Source: Scenedesmus sp. PABB004 (lineage: Eukaryota). Taken from it: a stretch of DNA of 64,000 nucleotides. The stretch spans positions 372,001 to 436,000 of the forward strand of contig JABVCE010000010.1 in assembly GCA_014905635.1 (NCBI GenBank). The letters are read 5' to 3'. A program made the translations under genes and the position numbers. Shown here piece by piece: positions 1-12,371 of this stretch; within the stretch, counting starts at the first letter, position 1, and the number at the start of each line of letters is the position of its first letter. The notes below the pieces were generated by a model. The model did no database searches and had not been told where the DNA came from. It saw only the letters and a list, made by a program, of their open reading frames with translations.

Positions 1-167
1 GCGCGTGCAGGTCTTCTCCAGCGCCTACGGCCAGGTGCGTGTGTGCGTGTGTGCTGCGTGCGCTGTGTGTGCTGGGCTCATGTGCTGGGTTCATGTGCTG
101 GGAGGGGTGAGGTTTGAGGCCGGCGGGTGCCCCGCCGCGCGCGCGGCCGCGGCGCGGCCGCCCCAGC

Positions 168-204
<37 letters not shown>

Positions 205-3200
205 GGACTCTGCGACGCCCGGCGCCGCCTGCACGACCGACGACGACGGCACGTGCGCACTCGACCTGCCGCCGCCGCCGGGCGGCGGCTACGACGGGAC
301 GTCCAAGTCGGCGGTCGTGACGGCGGAGGGGCACGGCCCGCTCGTGCTGCCGAGCGTGGCGATCAGCTACGTGTCCCGCTGGCCCGCGCACGCGGCGGCG
401 CTGGTGCTGGACCGCGCCGTCGTCAAGCCGGGCGACGCGCTGCACGTCACGGGTGCGCGCGCTGCTCCGGCCCCGTGGCACGGCCAGGCACGCTGGGCGC
501 GCCGGCCCGCCGCGCCCGCCTCCTCACCTGCCGCCGCCCCTCGCCGCGCGCGCGGCCCGCCAGGCTTCATCCAGCGCCGCGATGGCACTGCGCTGCGCGT
601 GGACCGCGGCCTGAAGTCGGTCGTCCTGCAAGTCAACCCCGGCTTTGGCGGCGCCGACGGCGACGGCGGCTCCACGCGCGTGACCGCGGCGGTCGACGCG
701 TCGTTTGGCAGCGTGCACGCCGTCATCCCCGTCCCCCGCAACGCCACACCCGCGCAGTACACGCTGCAGCTGGTCGTGCCCGCGCCCGGCGCCGCGGCGC
801 CCCCGCCCGGCGGCGCCGCGCCCGACGGTGTCATACCGCCGGCCGCGCCGCCGCCAGCGCCGCCGGCGCCAGAGGAGCTCGCCGCGACCGTGGGCTTTGC
901 CGTGGCCGACCCGCGCCCGCCGACGGCGGCGCTCGTGCTGTCGGCGCCGCCGTGGGCGCGCCCGGCCGCCGCGGTGCCGGTCACGCTCGCCGCCGAGTCG
1001 TACCTCGGCACGGACGTTTCTGGCGCCAACGTCACGCTCGCCTGGGAGACGCGCCGCGCGCGCGGCAGCCTCGTGGCCACGACCAACGCCTCGGGCGTCG
1101 CCACGGCCGTGGTTGAGCTGGGCAAGCTGCCGGCCGCCAACGCGAGCGAGCCGGGCGACACCCTGACGCTCCGGGCGACCTGGATCGGCCCGACGCGCGA
1201 GGCGATCGTGCAGAGCAAGACCGTCAGGTGGGGCGGCGTGCGGCGCGGCTGCTGCTGCCGCTGCTGCGGCTGGCCGGCGCGGCGCGGCAGCAGCCGCTGC
1301 TGGCGCCGCCGCTGGCCGGCGCGGTCGGGCGCGAAACGGCGCGGGCCGGCGCCGCCGCCGCTGCGCGCTTGCAGGATCGAGGACGGCCCCGTGCGCGTGC
1401 AGCTGGCGCGCACGCTGCTGACCGACGTGCCCGGCATCCGCTGGGGCGTGCGTGCCGACGCGTTCAGCAACGACGACGACGCCCCGGTGCTCGGTGCGCG
1501 CGCGCGCGCGCCTTGGCGCATGCCGGCGCGCGCGGCACAGCGGATCCCGGCGCGCGCGCCGCCGCGCCGAGCGCGCCGACCCCGCGCGGCGCCCGCCCGC
1601 GCCCTGGCGGCGGCGCGCGCAGGCGTGGACGTGGACGTCACGCTGTCAGCGGCCAACGGCTCCGCGTCGCTCGCCAACTGCTCTGCGGCGGCGCGCGCGG
1701 CGCTCGCGGCGCAGCGCTGCGTGATCCGCTCCGGCGACGCCGCCGGCCCCGGCGCGTGCCAGCTCGCGCTGCCCTGCGCCGGCGAGTTTGAGCTGCGCGG
1801 CTGCGTCGCGGGCAGCGTCGCGGGCAGCTGCGGCCGGCCGCTGCGCCTCGGCCACAACGCGTCGTGGTGGGCGGCCAGCCCGTGGAGCACGCCGCCGCGG
1901 CTCAACCTGCTGGCTGATCGCCCCAACGTCACGCTCGGCGGCGAGGTGGCTCTGTCGGTGCAGAACCCCTGGTGGGGCCCCACAAGCGGCCTGCTGGTGT
2001 GGGGCAACGCCGCCAAGCGCGTCGTGCGGCAGCTGCCGCAGGTGGGTCCGCGCGCGCGCCGCCTCGGCCCGGGGGACCGCGCGGCGCCGCGCCCGCGCGC
2101 GCGCCCACCGCCCCCCCCCCCCCCTCCCTGCCCGCGCGCAGATCCCGCCGGGCGCCTCGACCGTGACGGTGTCGGGCATTGGCGAGGAGTGCGTGGGCAG
2201 CTGCCGCTTCGTGCTGCTGCTCGCCGTGGCGCGCGCGGCGCCGCCGGCGGGCGCGTCCGCGGCCGCGCAGCTCGGGCGCTTTGTCGGCGGCGCCCAGGCC
2301 CCGGACGCCCGCCCGGCGGGCGGCGGCGTCCGCATCCGCCTCGCCCTGCCCAGGCTCGGCCTGGGCGCGCGCTTTGCCTCGGCCGGCGGCGCCAGCGGCG
2401 CGGCGCTGGGCGACGGCGCGGAGGGCTTTGCACTGCCGGACGTGCCCACCAGCAAGCTGTTCGACCCCCTCGCGCCGCGCACGGTGTCGGCGGAGCTGCA
2501 GCTCGCGGGGCCGCCGCCGCCGGCGCTGGCCGTCGGCGTCGCCGTCGCGGGGCAGAGCAAGGCCGCGGATGGCACGGCCGTGGTGGAGCCCAAGGCGCGC
2601 CGCACGCGCCCGCCGCGGGCGGGCAGGGAGCGACACGCCGTGCCCGCTCTGTGTGCGCGCGCGCGCCCACGTGCCGCCCGTCCGCCGCCGCCGCGCCCGC
2701 GCGCGCAGAGCGGCCGCGCCGAGCTCAGCGTGCGCGTGCGCGACGCGGCGGGGCGGCCGGTCGCGGGCGCCGAGGTCACGCTGCTCGTGGTGGACCGGGC
2801 CATACTGGATCTGGTGCCCTACCCCCTGCAGGCGCGGCGCGGCGCGGGGCGCGGGGCGCGGCCGCGCGGGGCGGAGGCCTCGCGGCGCCACGCGGCGCCA
2901 CGCGGCGCCCTGCGCCGACCGCGGCGGCGCGCCCCGTGCCGCGCCGCCCGCGTGCACGCAGAACGTGAGCGTGGCGCTCGCGCCCGACCTGGGCGCGTCG
3001 TTTTCGGTGACGGATGTGAACGACCTCCGCGTGACGCGCGCCGCCATCAACGCCACCTTCTCCGCGCTGCAGCGCCGCCTGCGCCTGGACGCGTGGCTGC
3101 CCGCCGACACGGGCGTGAGCCCGGCCAGCCCCTACGTGCCCGACGACGGCGACGGCGGGCGCTGGGCGGGCCCGGCCTGGCCGCCGAGCGCCGCCGCGGC

Positions 3201-6200
3201 GGACGTGCCGGACGCGTCGTACCTCGCCCGGTTCACGACGCCGCTCACGCCGCTGCCGTCGCGCGTGTGCGCGTGGGGCGGGCCCTGCCCCGGCGGCGTC
3301 GGCTACGGCGGCGTCGCGGTCGCGGCAGAGGCGGTCGCGAGCGACGCGATGGTCTCGCTCGCGGCGGGCGCGCCGCTCGCCGCGCCGGCGCCACGCGCCG
3401 CGGCGGCGGCCGCCAACGGCGCCGTGGCCAAGGCCGCCGCCCCTGCCGGCGGCGCCGCCGCCGCGCCCGCGCGGCGCCGAGCTGCGCGTGTCGGGCGACT
3501 TCAAGGTCACCGTGCTTTTCCGGACGCTCACGGCGGGCGCCGACGGCGTCGCGCGCACGGAGCTGGCCGCGCCCGACAACGTCGGCCGCTTTGCCGTGCG
3601 CGCGTACGTCGCCGCGCCGGCGCCCGGCGGCGGCGCCGGCACGGTCGCCGCCGGCGGCTCGGAGCTCTCGTACGGCGCGGCCGAGGGCGCCCTGGTGGTG
3701 CGGCGGCGCGTGTCGCTGTCGCCGTCGCTGCCGCGCGCGGTGCGCGTGGGCGACAACTTCACCGCCGGCGTGCTCGTCGAGGCGCCGGGGCTGGAGCGCG
3801 AGACCACCGTGTCGGTGGCCGCGGCGCTCGCGGCGCCGCCGGCCGGCAGCGACGGCGGCGCGCCGCCGCCGCCGCTCGCGCTGGCCGGGCCGCAGCGCGT
3901 CTCCGTGGTGCTGCGCCCCGGCGCGGCGCAGGCGGAGGCGCGGTTTGCGTTTGCCGCGCGCGCGCTTGGCACCGCGGCGATCACCTTCACCGCCGCCGCC
4001 GCGGGCAGCGACGGCGCGGCCACGGCCGACGCGGTGCAGCTGAGCGTGCCGGTGCTGGGCGTGCAGTCGCCGGTGTGGCTCGCGACGAGCTTTGCTGTGG
4101 CCGGCAGCAACGTGACCGGCGCGGCGAGCCGGGTCGAGGGGCTCGCCCTGCCGGCGGCCGAGGCGGGGAGCGGGGCCATCTCCCTCGTCGCCGGCGTCGG
4201 CTACCTGCCCGCGGTGCAGGTGCGGACAAGGCGGCGTGCGCCGCGCCGCGACGGGGCCGGCCGGGAGCCGCCGCGCCGCGCGCGCCCCTCGGCATGCACA
4301 CGCACACACACACGCGGCACATCACACCGCCCCACGCGCGCGCGCCGTGCGCAGGGCACGTACGAGGCGCTCGTGCGCGCCGGGGTGTCGCCGTACCGCG
4401 GCTGCCCCGCCGCGACCGACGCGGTCGCGCTCGCGCTGCTGCCCTCGCTGCTGGCGACCTACCGCCCGCCCGGCACGCCGCTCGCGTCCTTCCTCACCGC
4501 CAGCCAGCTCAACGTGAGCGCGGCGGCCGCCGACGCGGCGGCCGGGCCGATGACCGACGCGGCGCTGGGCCTGATGCCGGGCGAGCCGCGCTGCCTGTAC
4601 CCGGCCGGCCCGCCGCCGTCGCGCGCGGACGTGGCGCTCAACGCCTGGGCGGCGTGGCTCGTCGCGGGCGCGGCCAACGCGAGCCGCAGCGGCGCGCCGC
4701 CGGCGGGGCCGCTCGCGGCGCTCGCGCGCGCCGCGCCCGGCTGGCGCGCCGCGCTCGCGGCGCAGCTCGTGGCCGACGCGGCGGCGGCACGCCGCGGCGC
4801 GCCGCCGGCGCCGTACGCCGACCTGGAGACGCTCTCGTGGGCGCGCCTCGCGCTCGGCGCGGGCTGGGCGCCGCCGGGCGCGGCGGGGGCCGAGGTGGCG
4901 GCCGACCTGGGCATGCCCCGGCTGGCCGCGGCGGCGGCAAACCTCTCGGTCGGGGGCCAGGCGCGCGTCGGGCTCGCGCTGCTGGCCGCCGGCGGCGCCG
5001 GCGCGGCGCAGGTCGGAGCGATCACGGACCGCCTGCTGGGCGCGGTGCGCGTGGGCGGCCGCACCGCCTACATCGCGTCCGGCGGCGGCGCGCGCGGCGC
5101 GGCGGGTGCGTGCGCCCGAGCCGGCGCTGACGCCTGCGGCCCGCGCCAGCCGCTGCGCCCCGCTCCCAACCTGCTGGCGCCGCTGAGCGCACCGCCCCGC
5201 GCCGCGCCGCGCGCAGGCCTGGCCGACCAGGCGCTCGCGCTGGAGCTGCTGCTGCGGAGCGGCGCCGCGCAGGGCGGCGCCGCGGCGCTCGTGCAGAAGC
5301 TCGCCGCGTGGGTGGCGCAGGGCGCGGCGCCGCCGCCGATGCCCTTTGCGGCGCTCTGCCCGAGCAGCACGGCGTGGGACGGCGCGCTGCGCGCCGCGGC
5401 CCTCACGGCCTACGATGCCGCCGCCGGCAGCGCCACGCCCGACCTCGGGTTGACCGTGTTTGCCGCGGTGCCGGCCGCAGCGCCCGCCGGCGGCGCGCGG
5501 CGCTTCGCCGACGGCGCCGGCGGCGTGGAGCTGCTCGGCGCGCGGTTCAATGCGAGCAACGCCGGCGCGGTCGCGCGCAGCACGACGCGCTGGGACCGCG
5601 TGCCGCGCGGCGCGAGCCTCGTGTTTGCGGCGCGCGGGCGCGGCGAGGTCTCGGTCGCGGCGTCGCTCAACTTCACGCCCGCCGCGCTGCTGCCCTTCCC
5701 GACCTACCGTGGGCTGTGGGTGCAGCGCGCCGTGCAGGCCGCGCCCGGCGGCGGCGGCGACCTCGCCGCGGCGCCGCTCGGCGCGGTGCTGTCAGTCGCG
5801 GCGCAGGTCACGAGCCCCGACGACCAGGCCGGGCTGGTGCTGGAGGTGCTGCTGCCGGGCGGCCTGGAGCCGCTCGACCCAACGTTTACACCGACCCAGA
5901 CCTCGCCACGCTCTGCAGCTCGGGCGCCGACGAGACCGACCTCGCCGCGCCCGCGCCGCCGGGCGGCCCGTTCGGCGGCGGCGGCGGCGTCGGCGTCGCG
6001 GCGCCGCGGCCGGCCGTCGCGCTGCCGCTGCGCGGCGGCGCCAAGCCGCGCGGCGGCGCGCGGCGGCGCCTCGCGTCGCTGCCGGCCGTCGCCGTCGCGG
6101 GCGCGAGCGGCGACTTTGCCGGCTATGCCGGCCCGGCGTGGCGGTGGCGGCCCTGGCCCGCCTGCCCCGCGGTGTCGACCAGCCCGTCGGTCGTGACCTT

Positions 6201-6542
6201 CACCTGGGCCTGGTTCCCGGCCGGCACGGCGACCGTGCGCTTCCGCGCCGTCGCGGCGACCAGCGGCACGTTTGTGCTGCCGCCGGCCAAGGCCTCCGTG
6301 CGGCAGCAGCCCGAGGTGATGGGCCTCAGCCCGGCCGGCGCGTTTGTCGTGTGCCCGACGGCCGCGGCCTGCGCGCCGCCGGCGGGCGCGCCCGGCGCGC
6401 GCGCGGCGGCGCGTCGTCGCCGCCCAAGGCCTGCCCCGCCGGCTGCAGCGGCAGCGGCGCGTGCGACCTCGGCAGCGGCGCGTGCGTGTGCGACGCGGGG
6501 TTTTCGGGGCCGGACTGCAGCGCGTTCAGCAGCGCCGGGTGA
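1..6542 (+). CDS. Bacterial-type alpha-2-macroglobulin family protein with C-terminal EGF-like module (5'-truncated by the window, ~10 exons)
   Basis: The spliced product has MG2-like LDRAVVKPGDALHV, VTLLVVDRAILDL, DFKVTVLFRTLTAGADGVARTELAAPDNVGRFAVRAYVA, PSLPRAVRVGDNF, LEVLLPGGLEPLDPN and TFVLPPAKASVRQQPEVMG. It ends CPAGCSGSGACDLGSGACVCDAGFSGPDC...TGA (6542). Apparent 1-nt frameshifts near 3470, 5880 and 6410. Confidence 0.85.
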
Positions 6543-6736
6543 GCGCGGCGTGGGCGCGGGGCGCGCTGAGCGCTGTTGAGCCGGGTTCAGCGCGCCGCCG
6601 ACCTGCTGCTGCGGGAGGGCGAGAGTTACGTCAGGATTAGTAGTGACTCGCGCGCGCGGCGTGCACACACGTCAAAACCCGCCCTCGCCCCGCACGAACG
6701 ACCAGGGGTGGGGTGGGGAGGCCGCTTGTGCAGCTG
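6497..6736 (+). repeat. Inverted duplication A, copy 1 (last codons and 3' UTR of the A2M gene)
   Basis: ggttttcggggccggactgcagcgcgttcagcagcgccgggtgag...gagagttacgtcagg...aggggtggggtggggaggccgc is the reverse complement of 18823-19070, with scattered substitutions and indels. Confidence 0.9.
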
Positions 6737-7982
6737 CCGAGGGGGGTGTGGGACTATTTGGCACGCGCCGACGCGGGACAGCCTGCCCCGTCGTCGCCGC
6801 GCCCGCGCAATCGGCCCACGAACGCAGTAGTAAGCCGCAGCGCGATTGTGGAAAACCCGCCCTTGCCCGCGCAAGGGGCGCCGCAGCCCCGCGGCGCGCG
6901 ACCGCGCGTGCGATGCTGCCCAGCTGCCTAACGCCGTCGTCCGCCACGCCGAAGCTTGCCTGGTACTAAGCTGCCGCTGCGTGCGAGCCCCCACCCCCGC
7001 CTCCCCCGTAGTAATGAGACCCAGCAGGAATGCCGCCACTTTGACCGCCGCGCGCCGGACGCTGCGGCCAAACCCCTGGGCGCCGCGCTCTGCGCATGCA
7101 GCAGGCATGAGGCGCGCAGGCAGGTGGGCTGAGCAGTGCAAGCCGAGCCGAGCTCGGAGGGGGGAGGGGAGAGGCGTGGTGGTGCGGCAGGGCGCACGCG
7201 CGAGGGCGCACCTCGGCGGCGGCCCTGCCGGCCATCGCCGGTCGCCCGCCGCCGATCGATCCCGTCGTCTTTAGTACAAGTGCGCTCCAAATACTCCTCC
7301 CCCCGTTGTAATACGACCACACAAACACGAGACCAGTACAGGCGGGGGGCGCAGCGCCGCCGCCGCCGCCGGCATGCGCCGGCGGCCCAATCAACGTAAA
7401 CCGCGCACGTGCCGGCGGCACGCTGCAGCGCCGGCGCCGCGGCCGCGGCCCTGCGCGCGCGCGAGCGCGCGCGCGCGCGCGCGCGCGCGCGGCCGCTGGC
7501 CGCTGGCCGCCGCCGCCCAGGCGGGCAAACCAATCCTGGGCTGCATGCGCGCGGCGCCCAAGCAAGCAGCAGCATGCACAGCGCGGCCGCGATTCCCAGG
7601 CGCGCACCAGCGGCGGCCGCACGGCGTGGCAAGGGCAGGCGCCCGTGCCGCCGCCGCCGGCGTGCCGCCGCAGCCGCGCACACACAGGCAGGCGGCGGGG
7701 GCCGCAGCCACGCGCACAGGGTGCGGCTCCGCACCCTTGCTGCCACGCTCGGCCATAGTAGGCTGTTTGTACGCGAGTTGGGGTTCAGGCGCTCAAGGGG
7801 AGGCGCTTCTTCACCGGCACGCCGCTGTGTCAAAAACACACGCGCCCGCGCTGCCGTATCGCGGCGGCGCTCGCCGCCCACGCTCCTCGCTCGTGCGCGC
7901 GCGCCGCGCCCGCTGCCTCGCTGGCTGGCTCACAGAGTTGGGTTGGGTTTGGTGGCGGCGGCCCCGGCGCCGCAGGGGCGCG

Positions 7983-10918
7983 TCAGGCGGCCGGCTGCGC
8001 GGGCGCGCCGCTGTCGCCATCAAAGGTCAGGAACTCAGACTCGGTCGCCAGGGCCTCGCCGGCGCCGTCGCCGGCGCCGCCGAGGGGCGCGTGGGAGGCC
8101 TCGCCGCCGCCGAGCGGCGCGCGCGCGCCGGCGCAGCTCGAGCGCTCGCGCGGCGCCGGCGCGGCGCCGGCGGGCGGCGGCTCGGCCACGGGGCTGCACT
8201 GCATCAGGTGCTCCTGCAGCACGGCCATGAGCTGCTCCGCCACGGGCGTGGCGTGTGGCAGCGGCAGGTGGTATGCATCGGCGAGCGCGTCCTGCAGCAG
8301 CCGCTGCATCTCCGCGGCACGCGGGTAGCTCTCAAAGCCGCGCCCCGCGCCGGCGGCGGGCGCCTGCGCCTGCGCCTCGCCGTCGGCGGCGGCCGCGCTG
8401 CTGGAGGAGCGCAGCAGGCCGCTCTGCGAGCGCAGCAGGCTCGCGGCCTCGCCGTCGACGTGCGCGGCGAGCTGCAGCAGCGCCTCCTGCGCCTCCGTGG
8501 GCGGCGGCGTGTCGGCCAGGCTGGCCACCGAGCCCGGCAGCGGGCCGTCGCCGCTGCTGCACGCGGCCGCGCCGGCCGCCGAGGGCGGGCGCGGCGGCGT
8601 GCCGGCGGCGGGCGCCAGCGCGCGGCGCTTGGGCGCGGCGCCGTCGGCGCTGCCGGGCGTGTCGTCGCCGAGCGCCTGGGAGGCGGTGCGCTTGGCGCCG
8701 GCCGGCGTGCGGCCGGCGTCGCCGTCGCCCCCGAGCTGGCTGCAGCTGCTCGCGTGCACCAGCCCGCCGCCGGCGCCGGCGCCGGCGGTGGCGCCCGGCG
8801 TCGGCGCGGCGCCGTCGCCCGCGGCGCACGCGCCGGCGCGGCTGTCGGGGCTGCTGCCGCAGCTGCTGCCGCCGCCGGCGCGCGGCGCGCCGCACGCGTC
8901 GCGCTCGCCGCCGTCCAGCGCGGTGCAACTGCCGCTCATCGAAACGCGCAGGCTCTCCAGGGCGGCCTTGAAGTCTGACACGATCCGCGCCGCCGCTGCC
9001 GGCCAGTCGCCGTCGGCGGCGGGCTCCGCCTGCGCCGGCTGCGCCGCCGCCGCGGCGTCCGCGCCGCCCGGCGCGCCGTCCAGCGCGGGCGACGCGGGCG
9101 GCGGCGCCGCGCCGGTCGCGGCGCTCACAGACGAGGCGATCGCGTCGAAGCGCGCCAGGCCGTCGGCCGCCGGCGCCGCACCGGCGGCGGCGGGCTGCTG
9201 CTGGTGGCCGCCGGCCGAGGCGCAGAGCGCGCCGGGGCCGAGGTACGGCGAGCGGCCGCCGGACTCGAGCTGCCAGGTGGTGTTGTGGGTGCTGGCGCTG
9301 TTGTTGCTGCTGTACCCGCCCAGCCCAGAGAAGCAGGGCGCGCCGCCGGCGTGCTGCGCGCCGCCGTAGCCGGCAGCGGCGCCGCCGCCGTAGCCATGCA
9401 GCGGCGCGGCGCCGGCGTGGGCCAGCAGCGCGGCGTGGTCGCCGCTGCCGCTGCCCCTGCCGTGCTGCCAGGCGGCGCCGTCGTGGCCCGGCAGCGCGAG
9501 CACGGGGGTGGGCCTGTGGACGGCGCCGCCGCCGCTGCCGTCGCCGCCGGTGGACAGGCGCGGCAGGCCCATGTGCACGTGCTGCTGCTGCGCGTGCTGC
9601 TGCTGCACGTGCTGCTGCTGCTGCGCGTGCTGCTGCGCGAGCTGGTGCTGGTGCTGCGTGAGCTGCTGCTGCTGGTGGTGGTGCTGCAGCAGCTGCTGCT
9701 CCAGCTGCTGCTGGTGCGCCATCTGCGCCATCTGCTGCTGCACGTGCAGCGGCGGGTAGCTCTGCACGCCCTGCTGCGGCGCCTCACCGATCATCAGCGG
9801 CGCCGGCGGCGGCACGACGGCGCCGTGGTGCACGCCCGACGTCGCCGGCGGCGGCCACCAGGGCGCGGAGGGGTCGGGCTGCTGCTGCATCAGCGCCGCG
9901 TGGTGGTGGTGCCCCATCGGCGCGCCGACCGTGGTGCTGCTGACCGCCCAGGGGCTGATCAGCATGCCGTCCTGCTGCCGCGCGCCGTGCGCCGGCGGGG
10001 GCGCGCCGCCGTGCTGGCCGGGCTGCGGCAGCCCGCCGCAGGCGCCGTGGTGCTGGCCCGGCGCGGCGTCGCCGTGCATGCCGCCGTGCATGCCGCCGTG
10101 CATGCCGGCCAGGCCGCCGGGCGCGGCCGAGGCGTAGGCGAGGCCCGCGTGGGGCATGAATCCCTGCAGCGGCAGGCCCATCAGGCCGGGCAGCCCGGGC
10201 GGCGCGGCCGAGGCCCCGCGCGAGCCGCCGCCCGCCGAGTTGTTGCTGCGCGCGCGCTGCGGAGCGGCGCGGCGGCGGGCGGGGGGTGGCGGCGGGGGTC
10301 AGCACGGGTCGGCGGCGGTCGTCGCGCGCGGCCGCGGCCGCCGCGGCGCGCGGCGCCGTCGCGCGCTCACCCCCGCCGCCTGCGCCGCGGGCCCCGCGGA
10401 ACACTTGTGGTACTTTACGTCCCGCAGGTCGAGGGAGCAGAGGGGGCAGAACGGCAGCTCCATGCCGTGCCCGCGCTCCACGCCGCTGCCGCGCGCGCCG
10501 GGGTCGGCCCGGTAGTGGACCTTGAGCCTGCAGGGTGGCGGCGGCGCGGGCGGCGTGGGTGCGTGGGCGGCGGCGCGCGCAGCGGGGCGGCGCGCACAGC
10601 GGGGCGGCGCGCGCAGCGGGGCGGCGCGCGCCCACGCGCGGCGCGGCGGCGCGCAGGGGCTGCGCGGGCCGGGCCCCCCGGTGCGCCCCTCAGCCGTGGC
10701 GCGCGCCCCGCGGCCCGCACGCACCGCCAGAAGTCGCGGAAGCTGCGGGTGCAGCCCGGGTGGGGGCACACGTAGCGCATGGGCTTGGGGGCCTCCAGCT
10801 CCAGGCCGTGGTGGGGGTGGGGGTGCATCGGCGGCGCCGGAGCCAGGGCGCCGAAGCCGAGCGGCGCCGGCGTGATGTCCTGGCACTCCAGCGCCGCCCA
10901 GGGCCGCGCGTTCGCCAT
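7983..10918 (-). CDS. CIA5: CCM1/CIA5-like zinc-binding transcriptional regulator with Gln/His-rich region (3 exons)
   Basis: Spliced N-terminus YVCPHPGCTRSFRDFWR|LKVHYRADPGARGSGVERGHGMELPFCPLC closely matches my recollection of the Chlamydomonas CCM1/CIA5 zinc domain (CPYPGCNRSFAELWRLKVHYRAPPDIRGSGKERGHGTELTHCPKC). A poly-Q tract follows at ~9570-9745. Ortholog versus paralog is unresolved. Confidence 0.75.
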
Positions 10919-11288
10919 GGCGCCGCGCGGTGGCGCCGCTCCTGGGGGCGGCGGGGGGCGTGGACCGGCGTGGGAGGCGAGCCGAGGGCTGTTGCTGTTG
11001 GAGGGCGCCCGTCCCGCGCACCGCGCGCGCGGGGCACCGCGCCGCCCGCAAGGCATGCACCCTGCGCACCTGAGGCCTCGCGCTGCTCAGCGAGGGCAGC
11101 CGCCGGAGCTGGGCGCGCCGGCGGAGACGAGCATCCCTTGACCGCGGTCTCGGCGCCGGTGCGCGCGGTGCGGCTCCGCGATGGCAGCACTGGCGCGTTC
11201 CCAAGAACTGCGCTGCTATGCCGCGGCTGCGCCGGACGACGAGGGCGCGGGCGTGCGAGCGCCCGAGTGGTAGGATGAGGTCGGTGCC

Positions 11289-12356
11289 CGCGTTCGCTCC
11301 TCGCCCCACGGGCGCCGCACGGGGGTGAGGCCCGCACGTTCACGATCCGTCTGCGCCCGCCGCCGCGCTGGGCGCGCAGGGGCGGGCCGCGCGCGCCGCG
11401 CGCGAACGGGACCGGCGCGGTCTGTAACAGGCGTGCGTGGTTCGACGACGCGCGCCCGTGTGGGCTGGAGCCGCGCGCACGGCCCTCCGCGCCGCGCGCT
11501 GGCCGCGGCGGCGCCCGCCGCGCGGGCCGCCCTCCGCCCAGGTATCTGGCGGCGCCGGGCCGCCGGTCGCCGCCGGGGCCGGCGGCGCGCGCGGCGCGGG
11601 CGGTCAACCAGCGCGCCGCGGGGTGCTGGCCGCCGCCGGACGGCAACGACGAGGGGCGCAGCGCCGCGGCCGGGCGAGCGCGCGCTGAGCTCCGCCCGCT
11701 CGTGCAGTGTGCGACGCGCCGCGGCGTGCGCGCGCGGGCTGCGCGGCGCGGCTTGCGCGTGTCGGAGCCCCAGCAGCACGTGCGACTCCCACGCTTCACG
11801 CTCCCAGCCGCGCCGCGCCCGCTCCACAGCGCCGCGCCCGCACGAGACGCACACACGCTCTTCACGCCACGCACCGCGCCTCCCGGGAGGCCGCGCGCAC
11901 CGCTCCCTCACTCAGCTCTGCTGCTCCGGCATCGCCGAGTGCTGCCGGTGCGGGGCCCCGCGGTGCAGGCGCCTGGCCCCGTCGGCGTCTGCCAGCTCAG
12001 TGACGGCCAGGGCGGCGCGGTCGCAGGCTGCCGCCGGAGTTGCATTCGCCGCCGCCTGCCCGCCCGCGCGCAGAGATGGCGGCCGACGGCAAGCGCTACT
12101 GGTCGTATGAGCAGGTGCACGAGCTGGTGCGCTGTGCCGTGATGGAGGAGCCGTGGTGGGACGAGTGGCGGCTGACGCTCATCATCTGCATCGCCGCCGG
12201 CGGGTGGGTTCGCCGGGGCGCGCTGCTCGCCAGCGGCAGCAGCCTGCCTGCCTGCCGACGCCGCGCCCGTCGCGCCGCGTCCCAGCTTTGTGCCGACGCG
12301 CATCCTGCGGTCCTTCCTTAAGCACAAGCTCGGCGCCAACGTGCCCATCCAGACCA
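11289..12356 (+). repeat. Inverted duplication B, copy 1 (~1.07 kb; upstream region and 5' part of the PRTase gene)
   Basis: Near-identical reverse complement of 14884-15961; the ORF track shows mirrored peptides on both copies. Confidence 0.95.
12076..12356 (+). pseudogene. 5' fragment of the purine phosphoribosyltransferase gene (truncated duplicate)
   Basis: MAADGKRYWSYEQVHELVRCAVMEEPWWDEWRLTLIICIAAGG|FVPTRILRSFLKHKLGANVPIQT; homology stops at 12356, before the PRPP-binding motif. Confidence 0.85.
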
Positions 12357-12371
12357 GAATTGAACAGCGGG

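Noticed and set aside
3460..6420. Frame changes in A2M (~3470, ~5880, ~6410), and similar slips in SURF2 (~54085) and MLF (~56915), as programmed frameshifting or pseudogenisation
   Set aside because: All sit in homopolymers or GC microsatellites with intact coding sequence on both sides and no slippery heptamer. Sequencing indels are more likely; read polishing would decide.
6740..7900. Possible small gene or ncRNA (fragments such as VFHNRAAAYY, GKGGFSTI, AVYVDWAAG on the minus strand)
   Set aside because: I could not assemble a consistent spliced model or recognise an RNA family; the motifs are short enough to be chance.
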